A stretch of 53,872 bases of DNA from an uncultured Rickettsiales bacterium (GTDB taxonomy: Bacteria; Pseudomonadota; Alphaproteobacteria; Rickettsiales; SXRF01): positions 1-53,872 of the forward strand of contig CAZAQK010000002.1 of assembly GCA_964487265.1 (NCBI GenBank), given 5' to 3'. The position numbers and the translations under genes are program-made. Every line of letters begins with the position of its first letter. The stretch's first letter is position 1. The notes under the pieces were generated by a model. It saw only the letters and a list, made by a program, of their open reading frames with translations, had not been told where the DNA came from and ran no database searches. Below are positions 28,726 through 38,344 of the stretch, one piece after another.

Positions 28726-29511
28726 ATGAAAAGGGTTTTACAATCGTCATCGCGAGGAGCCGCAGGCGACGCGGCGATCCAGCTAACAAAAACAAGCTGG
28801 ATTGCTTCGCTCGCGCTCGCAATGACGTTTATTATTACCAATACAGCATACGCGCAGATGCCGCCGCATCCCATGCGGATGATTTCCGTTAACGGTGAGG
28901 CCAAGGAAGATATCGTGCCCGACCAGGCGGTTTTGAATATATCGCTGGTCAGCCGCAATATCAGCCTGCAGGAAGCCAAGCAGCATAATGACAAGCTGGC
29001 CGATAAAATCGTGGCTATTACCAAGGAATTCGAGATTCCCAAGAATGACGTGGCCACTTCAAATCTCTACGTATCGCCGGAATATAATTATGACAATGGC
29101 AAGCAGCGGCATGTGGGCTATGTGGTGAACCGCAGTTTGCGCATTACCATGAAGAAGCTGGATGTGCATGAACGCTTGCTTTCCAAGGTGGTTGAGGCTG
29201 GTGTGGACCAGGTGGGTGGCGTGGAGTTCGGGCTTGCCGACCCGGAAAGCCACATGACCAAAGTGCGTGCCAAGGCATTCGAGAATGCGAAGGCAAGGGC
29301 AGAATTGCTCGCCAAAACTGCCGGTGTAACGCTGGGTAAGCCGATTTCCATTTCGCTGGGTGGCGCACAACCTCCTGTTATGCCGATGCCCATGATGAAA
29401 ATGGCTATGGATACGATGGGTGGCAGGGCGGAATCTGCCTCTGTTGCACCAAGCCTGCCGGGCATGAGCACGCTTACTGAAACCGTATCCGTGACGTTCG
29501 AGATTGAGTAA
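28726..29511 (+). CDS. SIMPL domain (DUF541; BP26/Omp28-like) periplasmic protein
   Basis: ISVNGEAKEDIVPDQAVLNISL ... GYVVNRSLRITM ... TLTETVSVTFEI is typical of SIMPL/BP26. Strong SD (GGAGG) 5 nt before ATG 28726. Codons 7-34 run through a palindromic repeat. Confidence 0.8.
   Translation: MKRVLQSSSRGAAGDAAIQLTKTSWIASLALAMTFIITNTAYAQMPPHPMRMISVNGEAKEDIVPDQAVLNISLVSRNISLQEAKQHNDKLADKIVAITKEFEIPKNDVATSNLYVSPEYNYDNGKQRHVGYVVNRSLRITMKKLDVHERLLSKVVEAGVDQVGGVEFGLADPESHMTKVRAKAFENAKARAELLAKTAGVTLGKPISISLGGAQPPVMPMPMMKMAMDTMGGRAESASVAPSLPGMSTLTETVSVTFEIE
28745..28827. repeat. Palindromic MITE-like element, family C (83 bp), inside the 5' end of the SIMPL CDS
   Basis: CGTCATCGCGAGGAGCCGCAGGCGACGCGGCGATCCAGC...GCTGGATTGCTTCGCTCGCGCTCGCAATGACG. 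The terminal inverted repeats GTCATCGCGAG / CTCGCAATGAC have one mismatch. Confidence 0.8.
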
Positions 29512-30065
29512 TGAGCATTGATATTGAAGCATGGCAGCGCGGCAACGAGGCGCACCGCAGGGCATTTGCCGATATCAACAGCGAATGGCTGAATGAATTT
29601 TTCCGCATCGAGGAAACTGATGCGGCGATGTTCGCTGATCCGCAGGGATACATCATTGATAAGGGCGGCATCATTTTATTTGCGCGGGAAAAGGATGCAT
29701 TGCTTGGCACAGTATGCCTGTTCCCCATCGGTGATGGCGTATTCGAGCTGGGCAAGATGGGCGTGCGGAAGAACACACGCGGCAAAGGCATTGGCCGCAT
29801 ACTGGCGGCAGAAGCCATAAGCTGGGCGCGCCGCAAAGGTATTCCCAAACTCTATATTGCCAGTAACCGCAAGCTGGAGCAGGCGATCGCACTCTATAAA
29901 TCGTTGGGGTTTGTGGAACTTTCCAATAACGATGACCCGCGCTACGCGCGTTGCGATATTACGCTGGAGATGGATCTGTCGCCGAAAGAAATTGGTGGGC
30001 GCAAAGGCCCAGACCCAGTGCGTTACGGCGATTGGGAAAGTGCCGGCAAATGCGTGGATTTTTGA
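29511..30065 (+). CDS. GNAT family N-acetyltransferase with a C-terminal DUF1674/SDHAF4-like motif
   Basis: GNAT acetyl-CoA site GVRKNTRGKGIGRILAAEAISWAR...LYKSLGF. The last 28 aa, SPKEIGGRKGPDPVRYGDWESAGKCVDF, match the conserved C-terminus of DUF1674/SDHAF4 (GGPKGPEPTRYGDWERKGRCIDF). Confidence 0.8.
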   Translation: MSIDIEAWQRGNEAHRRAFADINSEWLNEFFRIEETDAAMFADPQGYIIDKGGIILFAREKDALLGTVCLFPIGDGVFELGKMGVRKNTRGKGIGRILAAEAISWARRKGIPKLYIASNRKLEQAIALYKSLGFVELSNNDDPRYARCDITLEMDLSPKEIGGRKGPDPVRYGDWESAGKCVDF

Positions 30066-30072
30066 ATTTTAT

Positions 30073-30280
30073 TTTTACCCTCTCCCCTTGTGGGAGCCGC
30101 CTCCGTTACACTCCGGCGAGCCTATACGAATACTCGCCTCGGCGGAGCGAAGCGGAGACGGGAGGGCTTTATTTCTTAGGCTTAGTGCAACTAAGTCTTA
30201 GAAATAAAGGGTGAGGGGTTACTTACTTATTCTAAGTGGTCACCCCCTCCCTAACCCTCCCCCATCAAGGGGGAGGGAAT
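30073..30280. repeat. Composite block of nested palindromes, including poly-C/G 'CCCTCCCCC..GGGGGAGGG' type repeats
   Basis: A 20-position stem at 30167-30209 (18 pairs). A 9-bp stem CCCTCCCCC ATCAA GGGGGAGGG at 30255-30277. GGCGAG..CTCGCC at 30115-30138. TACCCTCTCCCCTTGTGGGAG at the left edge. Confidence 0.7.
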
Positions 30281-30294
30281 TTCAGGATAGGAAA

Positions 30295-30864
30295 ATGGCC
30301 AAAGAAAAACAAAAGCGCGACATCTGGTTTGTGATCAATGCCTTTACAGTGGGGCTTGTTGTGCTTGCCGTGATGCACACAATTAAGCCATACCTCGAGC
30401 CGCCAGATCCGCTGAAGCCGCAGATCATGGATTATGCAGCGACGGTCAAAATGGTTGATGCAGATGCCGCGCCAGCGTTGCTCAAAAGCACAAATGGCAA
30501 GCCGACTTTGCTGGTGGTGTATGCCTCGTGGTGCGGTTATTGCCGGATGAAAATGCCTGATATCATCAGCCTGATGCGTGAGGGCAAGCTTGCACACGTG
30601 AATGTATTGCTGCTGTCGCGTGATAAAAGCCTGATGGATCTATCCAAATACCTGGTGCATAGCGGTTTCTATAAGGATTTTACTGCTATTATGATGCGTG
30701 ATGATGGTGCACAGTCATTTTCTGAAATATTGTATGGTCAGGGCAGTGCTTACCGCGGGACCATTCCGTTTCTTGAGGTTTTTGACCCAGCCGGTAAAGC
30801 CGTGCGGCAAATTCCACACACCAGCGATAAAGATGTGATTCTGGCCGCTACAAAAAACCTTTAA
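30295..30864 (+). CDS. Membrane-anchored thioredoxin-fold thiol:disulfide oxidoreductase (TlpA/ResA-like)
   Basis: N-terminal TM (IWFVINAFTVGLVVLAVM) and a CxxC active site in VVYASWCGYCRMKMP. The start is moved to ATG 30295, because the upstream part of track ORF 30211 is repeat-derived (PLPNPPPSRGRE). Confidence 0.75.
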   Translation: MAKEKQKRDIWFVINAFTVGLVVLAVMHTIKPYLEPPDPLKPQIMDYAATVKMVDADAAPALLKSTNGKPTLLVVYASWCGYCRMKMPDIISLMREGKLAHVNVLLLSRDKSLMDLSKYLVHSGFYKDFTAIMMRDDGAQSFSEILYGQGSAYRGTIPFLEVFDPAGKAVRQIPHTSDKDVILAATKNL

Positions 30865-31014
30865 GGCAACGATGTAATATATTGATATATAATAATAAAT
30901 ATATCTATCTGCCGGTGACCCCGCTCCGCAAGTAAATGATTGATTTATCCCCCTCCATGCAGTAATGCAGGCTGTCGAAGTTTTCTCTTATTAAACAACA
31001 TCTAGGAGTATTGC

Positions 31015-33090
31015 ATGTCTGTAATGACATTTATTATCCTCTGTGGGGTGGCGTCGTTGCTGTACGGTATATTTGCCGGACGCTCGATCATGGCCGCGCC
31101 TGTGGGGTCTGACCGTATGGTAAACATCGCCGCCGCTATTCAGGAAGGCGCGCGTGCGTATCTCAACCGCCAGTATCGCACCATCGGTATGGTCGGTGTG
31201 GTGATCGGTATCTTCATTTCCATGCAGCTTGGCTGGTATGTGGGCGTTGGCTTTGCCATCGGCGCAGTACTGTCTGGCCTTGCCGGTTATATCGGCATGA
31301 ACATTTCCGTCCGCGCTAACGTGCGCACGGCGGAAGCTGCCCGTTCCGGCCTGCAGCCTGCCCTTACCATCGCGTTCAAATCTGGCGCGGTGACAGGTAT
31401 GCTCGTGGTTGGCCTTGGCCTGCTTGGCATTGCCCTTTATTACCACATGCTTACCCAGATGAACCTAGAAACCCGCAAAATTCTTGAAGCGTTGGTTGCC
31501 CTGTCATTCGGTGCATCCTTGATTTCTATCTTCGCCCGTCTTGGTGGTGGTATCTTCACCAAAGGCGCCGACGTGGGTGCTGACCTTGTTGGCAAGGTGG
31601 AAGCGAACATTCCCGAGGATGATCCACGCAATCCTGCCGTTATCGCCGATAACGTGGGTGACAACGTGGGTGACTGCGCGGGTATGGCTGCCGACCTTTT
31701 CGAAACCTATGTGGTGACCCTGGTTGCCACCATGCTGCTTGCCGCTATCTATTTCATAGGTGATGCGCAGGCCAACATGATGCTCTATCCGCTGGCTATT
31801 GGCGGTGCGTGTATCGTAACCTCCATCATCGGCACGTTCTTCGTGAAGCTGGGTAAAGGCCGCAACATTATGCAGGCACTTTACAAAGGCCTCATCTGGA
31901 GCGCGGTGCTTGGTGCAGTTGCGATCTACTGCGTGACCGACCATATGCTCGGCATTCACACGGAATATAGCGTTGGTGATCTGGTATTCACCGGCCGCCA
32001 TATATTCTATTGTGCGCTGGTTGGGCTTTCTGTAACCGGTGCGCTGGTGTGGCTGACTGAGTATTACACCTCCACCAAGTTCCGCCCTGTTCGCAGCGTG
32101 GCACAGGCATCCACCACGGGTCACGGTACGAACGTGATCCAGGGTCTGGCTGTTTCCATGGAAGCGACTGCGTTGCCTGCACTGGTTATCTGTGCGGGTA
32201 TCATTGTGCCGTTCCTGCTGTGCGGCCTGTTTGGTATTGCCATCGCGGCAACAACCATGCTGGCTCTTGCGGGTATCGTTGTGGCACTTGATGCGTATGG
32301 CCCGGTGACGGACAATGCCGGCGGTATCGCCGAAATGTCTGGCCTGCCGAAGGATGTTCGTGAGAACACCGATGCGCTTGATGCGGTGGGTAACACCACC
32401 AAAGCCGTGACCAAAGGCTATGCTATTGGTTCGGCTGCACTGGCATCGCTTGTGCTCTTCGCGGCATACACCGAGGACCTGAAGCATTATTTCCCAGACC
32501 TGAATGTGCAGTTCCTGCTGTCTGACCCATATGTTGTGGTGGGTCTGCTTATCGGCGGTATGCTCCCGTACCTCTTCGGTGCGATGGGCATGCAGGCGGT
32601 AGGCCGTGCTGCTGGCTCCGTGGTGGTGGAAGTTCGCCGCCAGTTCAAGGAGATCCCGGGCATCATGGCGGGCACTGCAAAGCCGGATTACGGCCGCGCG
32701 GTGGACATGCTCACCAAAGCTGCGATCAAGGAAATGATCATTCCTTCGCTGCTGCCGGTGGCATCACCTGTTGTGCTGTATTTCATCATCAGCTCTTTCG
32801 CGGGTCAGGAGCAGGCGTTTGCTGCACTGGGCGCGATGTTGCTTGGTATCATCGTAACCGGCCTGTTCGTGGCGATCTCCATGACAGCGGGTGGCGGTGC
32901 CTGGGATAACGCCAAGAAATACATCGAAGAAGGCCATCATGGTGGCAAAGGTTCGGATGCGCACAAGGCAGCCGTAACCGGTGATACCGTGGGTGATCCG
33001 TATAAGGACACTGCTGGCCCGGCAGTAAACCCGATGATCAAGATCGCGAATATCGTGGCGATCCTGCTCCTCGCGTTACTGGCGCACTAA
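31015..33090 (+). CDS. hppA: Membrane-bound proton-translocating pyrophosphatase
   Basis: 691 aa and about 16 [68 protein letters not shown]. Confidence 0.96.
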   Translation: MSVMTFIILCGVASLLYGIFAGRSIMAAPVGSDRMVNIAAAIQEGARAYLNRQYRTIGMVGVVIGIFISMQLGWYVGVGFAIGAVLSGLAGYIGMNISVRANVRTAEAARSGLQPALTIAFKSGAVTGMLVVGLGLLGIALYYHMLTQMNLETRKILEALVALSFGASLISIFARLGGGIFTKGADVGADLVGKVEANIPEDDPRNPAVIADNVGDNVGDCAGMAADLFETYVVTLVATMLLAAIYFIGDAQANMMLYPLAIGGACIVTSIIGTFFVKLGKGRNIMQALYKGLIWSAVLGAVAIYCVTDHMLGIHTEYSVGDLVFTGRHIFYCALVGLSVTGALVWLTEYYTSTKFRPVRSVAQASTTGHGTNVIQGLAVSMEATALPALVICAGIIVPFLLCGLFGIAIAATTMLALAGIVVALDAYGPVTDNAGGIAEMSGLPKDVRENTDALDAVGNTTKAVTKGYAIGSAALASLVLFAAYTEDLKHYFPDLNVQFLLSDPYVVVGLLIGGMLPYLFGAMGMQAVGRAAGSVVVEVRRQFKEIPGIMAGTAKPDYGRAVDMLTKAAIKEMIIPSLLPVASPVVLYFIISSFAGQEQAFAALGAMLLGIIVTGLFVAISMTAGGGAWDNAKKYIEEGHHGGKGSDAHKAAVTGDTVGDPYKDTAGPAVNPMIKIANIVAILLLALLAH

Positions 33091-33094
33091 GACC

Positions 33095-33157
33095 TGTCAC
33101 CCCGGCGCAGGCCGGGGTCCACGTCAAACATGGATACCGGCCTTCGCCGGTATGACG
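33095..33157. repeat. Two-hairpin palindromic element, family B, copy 3 (63 bp), after the hppA stop
   Basis: TGTCA-CCCCGGC GCAG GCCGGGG-TC...ATACCGGC CTTC GCCGGTAT-GACG. Confidence 0.85.
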
Positions 33158-33164
33158 AATGAAG

Positions 33165-33192
33165 AAAAAGCCGCCTCCGGGCGGCTTTTTTT
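33165..33192 (+). terminator. Rho-independent terminator of hppA (potentially bidirectional)
   Basis: AAAAA GCCGCC TCCG GGCGGC TTTTTTT: a 6-bp GC stem, a 4-nt loop and a 7-T tail, with an A-run upstream. Confidence 0.8.
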
Positions 33193-33282
33193 ATTGGATA
33201 TCCTAACTCGCCAGCTATATTGAAAGGGAATTGGAGCGCATGCAATGAACCAGAGAAATAAGGCACGAACAGAACAGCAACA

Positions 33283-33663
33283 TTGACGGCCCTTTTAGCT
33301 GTAGCTTGCAGTGACCCTGCATCTCAAGCACGGTTAGAGCGGCTTGAGGAGCAGGCATTCGAGAATAATTTGCTGACGGTAGCTTTAGGAATATTGGTAG
33401 AAAGGGGCGATCAAAGCGCATCTACGCCAGACATATCTGGGGCAGCAGAGAAACTGCGTCATGTTAATACAGAAGAAAAAAGGCACTTACTGGATCGATA
33501 TCAGGGTTTTTCTGTCGAAAGGCGTAAGCGCATTGATGCCAGCATTCAAGCAGAGCTGCCAAGAATGGAAGATGAAAATCAACCATATGCTGCAATAATA
33601 AAGGGACTGCTTGAAGAGTTACGCACTGCGCCGGAACAAGGCGTACAGCCACGAGGCCGCTAG
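33283..33663 (+). CDS. Hypothetical protein, possibly a lipoprotein with a disrupted 5' end
   Basis: TTG-initiated ORF beginning (M)TALLAVAC|SDP (lipobox-like). An SD-preceded ATG at 33245 (MNQRNKARTEQQH*) lies in the adjacent frame and would supply the missing n-region. Confidence 0.4.
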   Translation: MTALLAVACSDPASQARLERLEEQAFENNLLTVALGILVERGDQSASTPDISGAAEKLRHVNTEEKRHLLDRYQGFSVERRKRIDASIQAELPRMEDENQPYAAIIKGLLEELRTAPEQGVQPRGR

Positions 33664-33664
33664 A

Positions 33665-34072
33665 TTACAACAAATAAAACCCATATGCTGCTATCTGACC
33701 CACAACGATCAGGGGAAGGGCGATACGCAGAGGGATCTTGACCATGCCGGCCAGCACCACGAACAGGTTGAATAGCGGCAGCCAGCTTAAGAGCAACACA
33801 AAAACGCCATATTTCACGAAGAATTCACGCAGCTTCAGCAATTTTCCGGATATTTCGTGGGATTGAGTGGCAGATGCGCGCTTTGCGATGAGCGTGCCAA
33901 GGATATAGTTGAATAGCTGCCCGGCTATGGCACCCGCGATGGCCAGTGCGCAAGGCAGCAGCATGGCATGGCCACCAAAGGAATTCATGGCAAAGAATGT
34001 ACGCTCCGCCCCGCCCGGGATGACACTGGCCACCCACGCCGATTCGATGAGGATATTCAGGTATTCGTTCAT
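33665..34072 (-). CDS. YqaA family (DedA/VTT-related) small inner-membrane protein
   Basis: 135 aa. YGVFVLLLSWLPLFNLFVVLAGMVKI closely resembles E. coli YqaA YGAVTLLLSWMPVVGDLLCLLAGWMRI. Confidence 0.68.
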   Translation of the reverse strand: MNEYLNILIESAWVASVIPGGAERTFFAMNSFGGHAMLLPCALAIAGAIAGQLFNYILGTLIAKRASATQSHEISGKLLKLREFFVKYGVFVLLLSWLPLFNLFVVLAGMVKIPLRIALPLIVVGQIAAYGFYLL

Positions 34073-34081
34073 TCGCCGGGG

Positions 34082-35059
34082 CTATGCTTTACGATCCACC
34101 ATGAACCGTGCAAGTGCGCGGAGGTGATCGGCCTTTTTGTCGAACACATCAAGGTGTGAAATGGCCTGCTTGGTGAGTATCTGCGCATGTTCACGTGCGC
34201 GTTCCACACCCATGCTGGCAACCAGCGTGGCTTTTCCGGCGATCTTATCTTTGCGGACGCCTTTGCCCAGCTTGGTGCGCGTGCCTTCGACGTCGAGCAA
34301 ATCATCGGTGATCTGGAAGGCGAGGCCCATATCGTGCGCGTAGGCACGCAGCATCTTGCGCATCATGACGGGAGCTTTACCCAAAATTGCACCGGCTTCG
34401 CAGGATACGGCGAAGAGTTCACCGGTTTTCATGCGCTGCAGGCGGATGATCTCATCGAGCGATAATTGTTTGTTCTGCGCTTCCATATCCATCATCTGGC
34501 CGCCGACCATGCCCCAGCAACCTGCTGCCTGCGCTAAAGCTGAAATCAGTTCACAGCGAACGGCAGGATCAGAATGGGTGCGCGGGTTTGCCAGTATCTG
34601 GAAAGCGTAGGCCTGAAGCCCGTCACCAGCGAGGATGGCGGTGGCTTCATCGAATGCCTTGTGGCAGGTGGGCTTGCCACGGCGCAGATCGTCATTATCG
34701 AGCGCGGGCAGGTCATCATGAATGAGTGAATAGGTGTGTATGAATTCGATGGCAGCTGCTGTATCGAGAGCCGATTCATAGGCCACGCCAAACAGGCGGC
34801 TTGCACACACCGTGAGGAACGGGCGCAGGCGCTTACCACCGGAAAGGGCAGAATAACGCATAGCTTCCAGCACTCGTTCTTCGCCTTCGACGTTGTCCGG
34901 GTCGACCACGGGTGCGGCCTTCGGTGTAAGCGGGATAACGGTGGTGCTGTATTGCTCAGCAGCTTTCAGCAGTTCAGCGATGCGGTTTTGCAGGCTGTCG
35001 GCAACGGCGCGCAGCGCGTCGTCCAGGTCGTCGGGGAATTTTGCAAGCATGGGGATCAT
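34082..35059 (-). CDS. ispA: Polyprenyl (farnesyl/geranylgeranyl) diphosphate synthase
   Basis: First DDxxD motif LIHDDLPALDNDDLRRGKPTCHK and second motif FQITDDLLD. ATGA overlap with xseB, the classic xseB-ispA arrangement. Confidence 0.88.
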   Translation of the reverse strand: MIPMLAKFPDDLDDALRAVADSLQNRIAELLKAAEQYSTTVIPLTPKAAPVVDPDNVEGEERVLEAMRYSALSGGKRLRPFLTVCASRLFGVAYESALDTAAAIEFIHTYSLIHDDLPALDNDDLRRGKPTCHKAFDEATAILAGDGLQAYAFQILANPRTHSDPAVRCELISALAQAAGCWGMVGGQMMDMEAQNKQLSLDEIIRLQRMKTGELFAVSCEAGAILGKAPVMMRKMLRAYAHDMGLAFQITDDLLDVEGTRTKLGKGVRKDKIAGKATLVASMGVERAREHAQILTKQAISHLDVFDKKADHLRALARFMVDRKA

Positions 35060-35301
35060 TCAGCATCAAATGGTTTGGTGGTTAAGGTGCCATCCGGTGC
35101 TTTCAGGATGGATTCGACTTTCAGGCGGGCCGATTTCAGCTTTTCTTCGCAGTAAGCTTTCAGCTCGGTGCCGCGCACATAATCGTTGATTGAGGATTCA
35201 AGGTCACCGGTGCCTGATTCGAGTTTACGGACAATCGCCTCAAGGTCTTTGAGGGCTTCCTCGAAAGATTGTGTATCAGGCTTTGCGGCAGCTTTGGTCA
35301 T
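35056..35301 (-). CDS. xseB: Exodeoxyribonuclease VII small subunit
   Basis: 81 aa. SFEEALKDLEAIVRKLESGTGDLESSINDYVRGTEL is typical of XseB. Confidence 0.9.
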   Translation of the reverse strand: MTKAAAKPDTQSFEEALKDLEAIVRKLESGTGDLESSINDYVRGTELKAYCEEKLKSARLKVESILKAPDGTLTTKPFDAE

Positions 35302-35343
35302 AGGGTAGCCATTGTATGTAAATCAGGGGCGAGGGGCAAGGGA

Positions 35344-36741
35344 TTAGTGCTTGATGGCTTTAACCAGTTCTTCGGTCATCTTCTTGGCATCGCCGAAGAG
35401 CATCATGGTATTGTCCTGATAAAACAGCTCGTTTTCAATGCCGGCGTAGCCTGCGGCCATGCTGCGCTTATTGAAGATAACCGTTTTGGCGTTGCCCACA
35501 TCTAATATAGGCATGCCGAAGATGGGGCTTTGCGGGTTATTCTTGGCGGCTGGGTTTGTCACGTCATTCGCGCCGATGACATAGACCACATCGGTGGTGG
35601 CGAAATCATTATTGATTTCTTCCAGTTCATGCACGCTGTCATACGGCACATTGGCCTCGGCCAGCAGCACGTTCATATGGCCGGGCATGCGGCCCGCCAC
35701 CGGATGGATGGCATAACGCACTTTCACGCCTTCTGCTTCAAGTGCCTGCGCCATTTCACGCACGGCATGCTGCGCCTGCGCCACTGCCATGCCATAACCC
35801 GGAACAATGATGACGGAGGAAGCATTCTTCATGAGGAAAGCAGCATCTTCCGCGCTGCCGACTTTTACGGGCTTGTCGCTTGCATCGCTGCTGGCGGCTG
35901 CGCCACCGCTTTCACCGCCGAACCCGCCGAATATCACATTGATGATGGAGCGGTTCATGGCCTTGCACATGATGTAGGAAAGAATGGCACCGGATGCACC
36001 GACCAATGCGCCGGTGATGATGAGCAGGATGTTGCCCAGCGTGAAGCCGATGCCTGCCGCTGCCCAGCCGGAATAGGAGTTCAGCATGGAAACCACCACT
36101 GGCATATCCGCGCCGCCAATGGGGATGATGAGCAGGAAGCCGACGGCAAATGCCAGAAGCAGCATCAGCACAAATACGGCTTTGGATTCGCTGAAGCAGA
36201 ATATCATGAGGAGCAACAGGATCGATGCGCCGATGGCGGCATTGAGCATATGCTGGCCAGAAAAACGCACTGGCTTGCCAGACATGATGCCCTGCAGTTT
36301 TGCAAAAGCGATGACCGAACCGGAGAAGGTAATGGCACCAATAACGGCACCCAGGCTCATTTCGACCAGGCTGCCGAAGCGGATGTTGCCGCTGTTGCCA
36401 ATGCCGTATGATTCCGGTGCCCATAGTGCGGCGGCGGCAATCAAAACGGCTGCCATGCCCACCAGTGAGTGGAAGGCGGCAACGAGCTGCGGCATGGCCG
36501 TCATCTGGATCTTACGGGCGACACCGGCACCGATGAGGCCACCGATCACGATGCCAAATGCAATGAGTGCGTAGTTCTTCACGACAGGCATGGTGAAGGT
36601 GGTGGCGATGGCGATGGCCATGCCGATCATGCCATAGAGGTTGCCGCGGCGGGCGGTTTCAGGGGATGACAAGCCTTTAAGCGCCAGAATGAACAGCACC
36701 GATGCGAAAAGATAGAGTAATATGGTGAGGTCTTGGTTCAT
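35344..36741 (-). CDS. pntB: NAD(P) transhydrogenase subunit beta
   Basis: 465 aa. N-terminal TM domain plus a C-terminal NADP(H) domain ([48 protein letters not shown]). Confidence 0.95.
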   Translation of the reverse strand: MNQDLTILLYLFASVLFILALKGLSSPETARRGNLYGMIGMAIAIATTFTMPVVKNYALIAFGIVIGGLIGAGVARKIQMTAMPQLVAAFHSLVGMAAVLIAAAALWAPESYGIGNSGNIRFGSLVEMSLGAVIGAITFSGSVIAFAKLQGIMSGKPVRFSGQHMLNAAIGASILLLLMIFCFSESKAVFVLMLLLAFAVGFLLIIPIGGADMPVVVSMLNSYSGWAAAGIGFTLGNILLIITGALVGASGAILSYIMCKAMNRSIINVIFGGFGGESGGAAASSDASDKPVKVGSAEDAAFLMKNASSVIIVPGYGMAVAQAQHAVREMAQALEAEGVKVRYAIHPVAGRMPGHMNVLLAEANVPYDSVHELEEINNDFATTDVVYVIGANDVTNPAAKNNPQSPIFGMPILDVGNAKTVIFNKRSMAAGYAGIENELFYQDNTMMLFGDAKKMTEELVKAIKH

Positions 36742-36745
36742 GGTT

Positions 36746-36801
36746 TACATCCCTGCGAAAGTGATGGCCATGGCTGGATGCCAGCTTTCGCTGGCATGAC
36801 A
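36746..36801. repeat. Family B element, copy 4 (left hairpin decayed), in the pntAB-pntB spacer
   Basis: The right half, ATGCCAGC TTTC GCTGGCAT-GACA, is intact (36778-36801). The left half, TACATCCCTGCGAAAGTGATG, is degenerate and overlaps the likely pntB SD. Confidence 0.6.
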
Positions 36802-36811
36802 AAAAATAGAA

Positions 36812-37213
36812 TCATGGTTTCTTTTCTTTCTTTTGAAACATTGAAAGCATGCGCTGGGTGACGATGAAGCCGCCGAATATGTTGATGGATGCGATGACCA
36901 CTGCAATGAATCCGAACAGATGCGCCGTACCGCCGCCTTCCGGGCCCATGGCGATGATGGCACCGACGATGATGATGCCAGAGATGGCGTTGGTAACGCT
37001 CATCAGCGGAGTATGCAGGGCAGGTGTGACTTTCCACACCACGTAATATCCCACGAAGCAGGCGAGTACGAATACGGTGAGGCCGAAGATGAATGGGTCG
37101 ATGCCGGAAGTTTGCTGTAACTGCAGGTGCAGGGCGTTGATGTCTTCAGCAAGCTCTGCCGCTTCCTGCGCCAGCCTTTCGGCTTTCTGGTTTACGATTG
37201 CGCTGTCGAACAT
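36812..37213 (-). CDS. pntAB: NAD(P) transhydrogenase alpha subunit, part 2 (membrane part)
   Basis: 133 aa. [41 protein letters not shown] is typical of the PntA dII segment. Split alpha subunit as in Rhodospirillum-type enzymes. Confidence 0.9.
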   Translation of the reverse strand: MFDSAIVNQKAERLAQEAAELAEDINALHLQLQQTSGIDPFIFGLTVFVLACFVGYYVVWKVTPALHTPLMSVTNAISGIIIVGAIIAMGPEGGGTAHLFGFIAVVIASINIFGGFIVTQRMLSMFQKKEKKP

Positions 37214-37222
37214 AATATCCCC

Positions 37223-38335
37223 TTATGCAAATTGCTTGTGCACTGTGCTGCCATCTTTGGTGAGCAGCGTGCCTGCCACCAATTCATCATCCCATTTCAC
37301 GCTGAAGCCATCTTTAGTGAGCATCAGGGTGGAGATGAAATTATACAGGTTACGGGCGTAAAGCTGGCTGGCATCGGTGGCGACGCGGCTTGGCACGTTG
37401 CCATAACCCACCAGCGTGACGCCGTGTTTTTCCACCACCTTGTCCATTTCCGAAAGCGGGCAATTGCCACCCGCGGAAACTGCGAGGTCAACGATAACAG
37501 AGCCGGGCTTCATGGCTTTTACCATGTCCTCGGTGATGAGCACAGGTGCTGGTTTGCCCGGGATGAGAGCGGTGGTGATGACGATATCCTGCTTCACGAT
37601 GGTATCATGAATGAACTGGCTTTGCTTGCGTTTGTAATCCTCGCTCATTTCTTTTGCGTAGCCACCTTGTGCTTCACCAGTTTCTTCGGCTGGGACTTCC
37701 ACGAATTTGGCACCAAGGCTTTCCACCTGTTCTTTTACGGCTGGGCGCACATCAAATGCTGAAACCACTGCGCCTAAGCGTTTGGCGGTGGCGATGGCCT
37801 GAAGGCCGGCAACACCGGCACCCAGCACGAGGGCTTTGGCGGGAGCGACGGTTCCTGCCGCCGTCATCATCATCGGCACGGCTTTACCTAGCATGGCAAC
37901 GGCATCGATCACCGCGCGATAACCGGCGAGGTTGCTTTGGGAAGACAGCACATCCATGGACTGCGCGCGGCTGATCCGCGGCAGCAACTCAAGGCTGAAG
38001 GCGGATATTCTATGATGGTTGTAGAGGCTAAAATTTTCACGGGTGCCATAAGGCTCCAGCATGCCAATCAGCAACGCGCCTTCTTTAATGCCGGTGAGTG
38101 TGGCCTGCTGCGGTGGACGGACGGTGAGGACAATATCTGCACCCTGCACCGGATTGTGTTCAATCGTTGCGCCAAGCTGGCTAAAATCGGCATCGCTGAT
38201 GGCAGAGGCAGTGCCGGCACCGCTTTGCACAGATACGTTTGCTCCGAGTGCAATATATTTTTTTACGGAATCGGGGGTGGCGGCAACACGCAACTCACCG
38301 GCAATGTTTTCTTTGAGTACGGCAATTTTAGTCAT
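37223..38335 (-). CDS. pntAA: NAD(P) transhydrogenase alpha subunit, part 1 (NAD(H)-binding dI)
   Basis: Alanine-dehydrogenase-like fold. VLGAGVAGLQAIATAKRLGA Rossmann motif. Start chosen at ATG 38335 (GGGGAA SD). The track ORF starts at 38347. Confidence 0.93.
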   Translation of the reverse strand: MTKIAVLKENIAGELRVAATPDSVKKYIALGANVSVQSGAGTASAISDADFSQLGATIEHNPVQGADIVLTVRPPQQATLTGIKEGALLIGMLEPYGTRENFSLYNHHRISAFSLELLPRISRAQSMDVLSSQSNLAGYRAVIDAVAMLGKAVPMMMTAAGTVAPAKALVLGAGVAGLQAIATAKRLGAVVSAFDVRPAVKEQVESLGAKFVEVPAEETGEAQGGYAKEMSEDYKRKQSQFIHDTIVKQDIVITTALIPGKPAPVLITEDMVKAMKPGSVIVDLAVSAGGNCPLSEMDKVVEKHGVTLVGYGNVPSRVATDASQLYARNLYNFISTLMLTKDGFSVKWDDELVAGTLLTKDGSTVHKQFA

Positions 38336-38344
38336 ATTCCCCTG

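Noticed and set aside
30211-30294. N-terminal extension of the TlpA-like ORF (MRGYLLILSGHPLPNPPPSRGREFQDRK).
   Set aside because: It is encoded entirely by the palindromic repeat block. A downstream ATG (30295) gives a normal positively charged N-terminus followed by a TM anchor.
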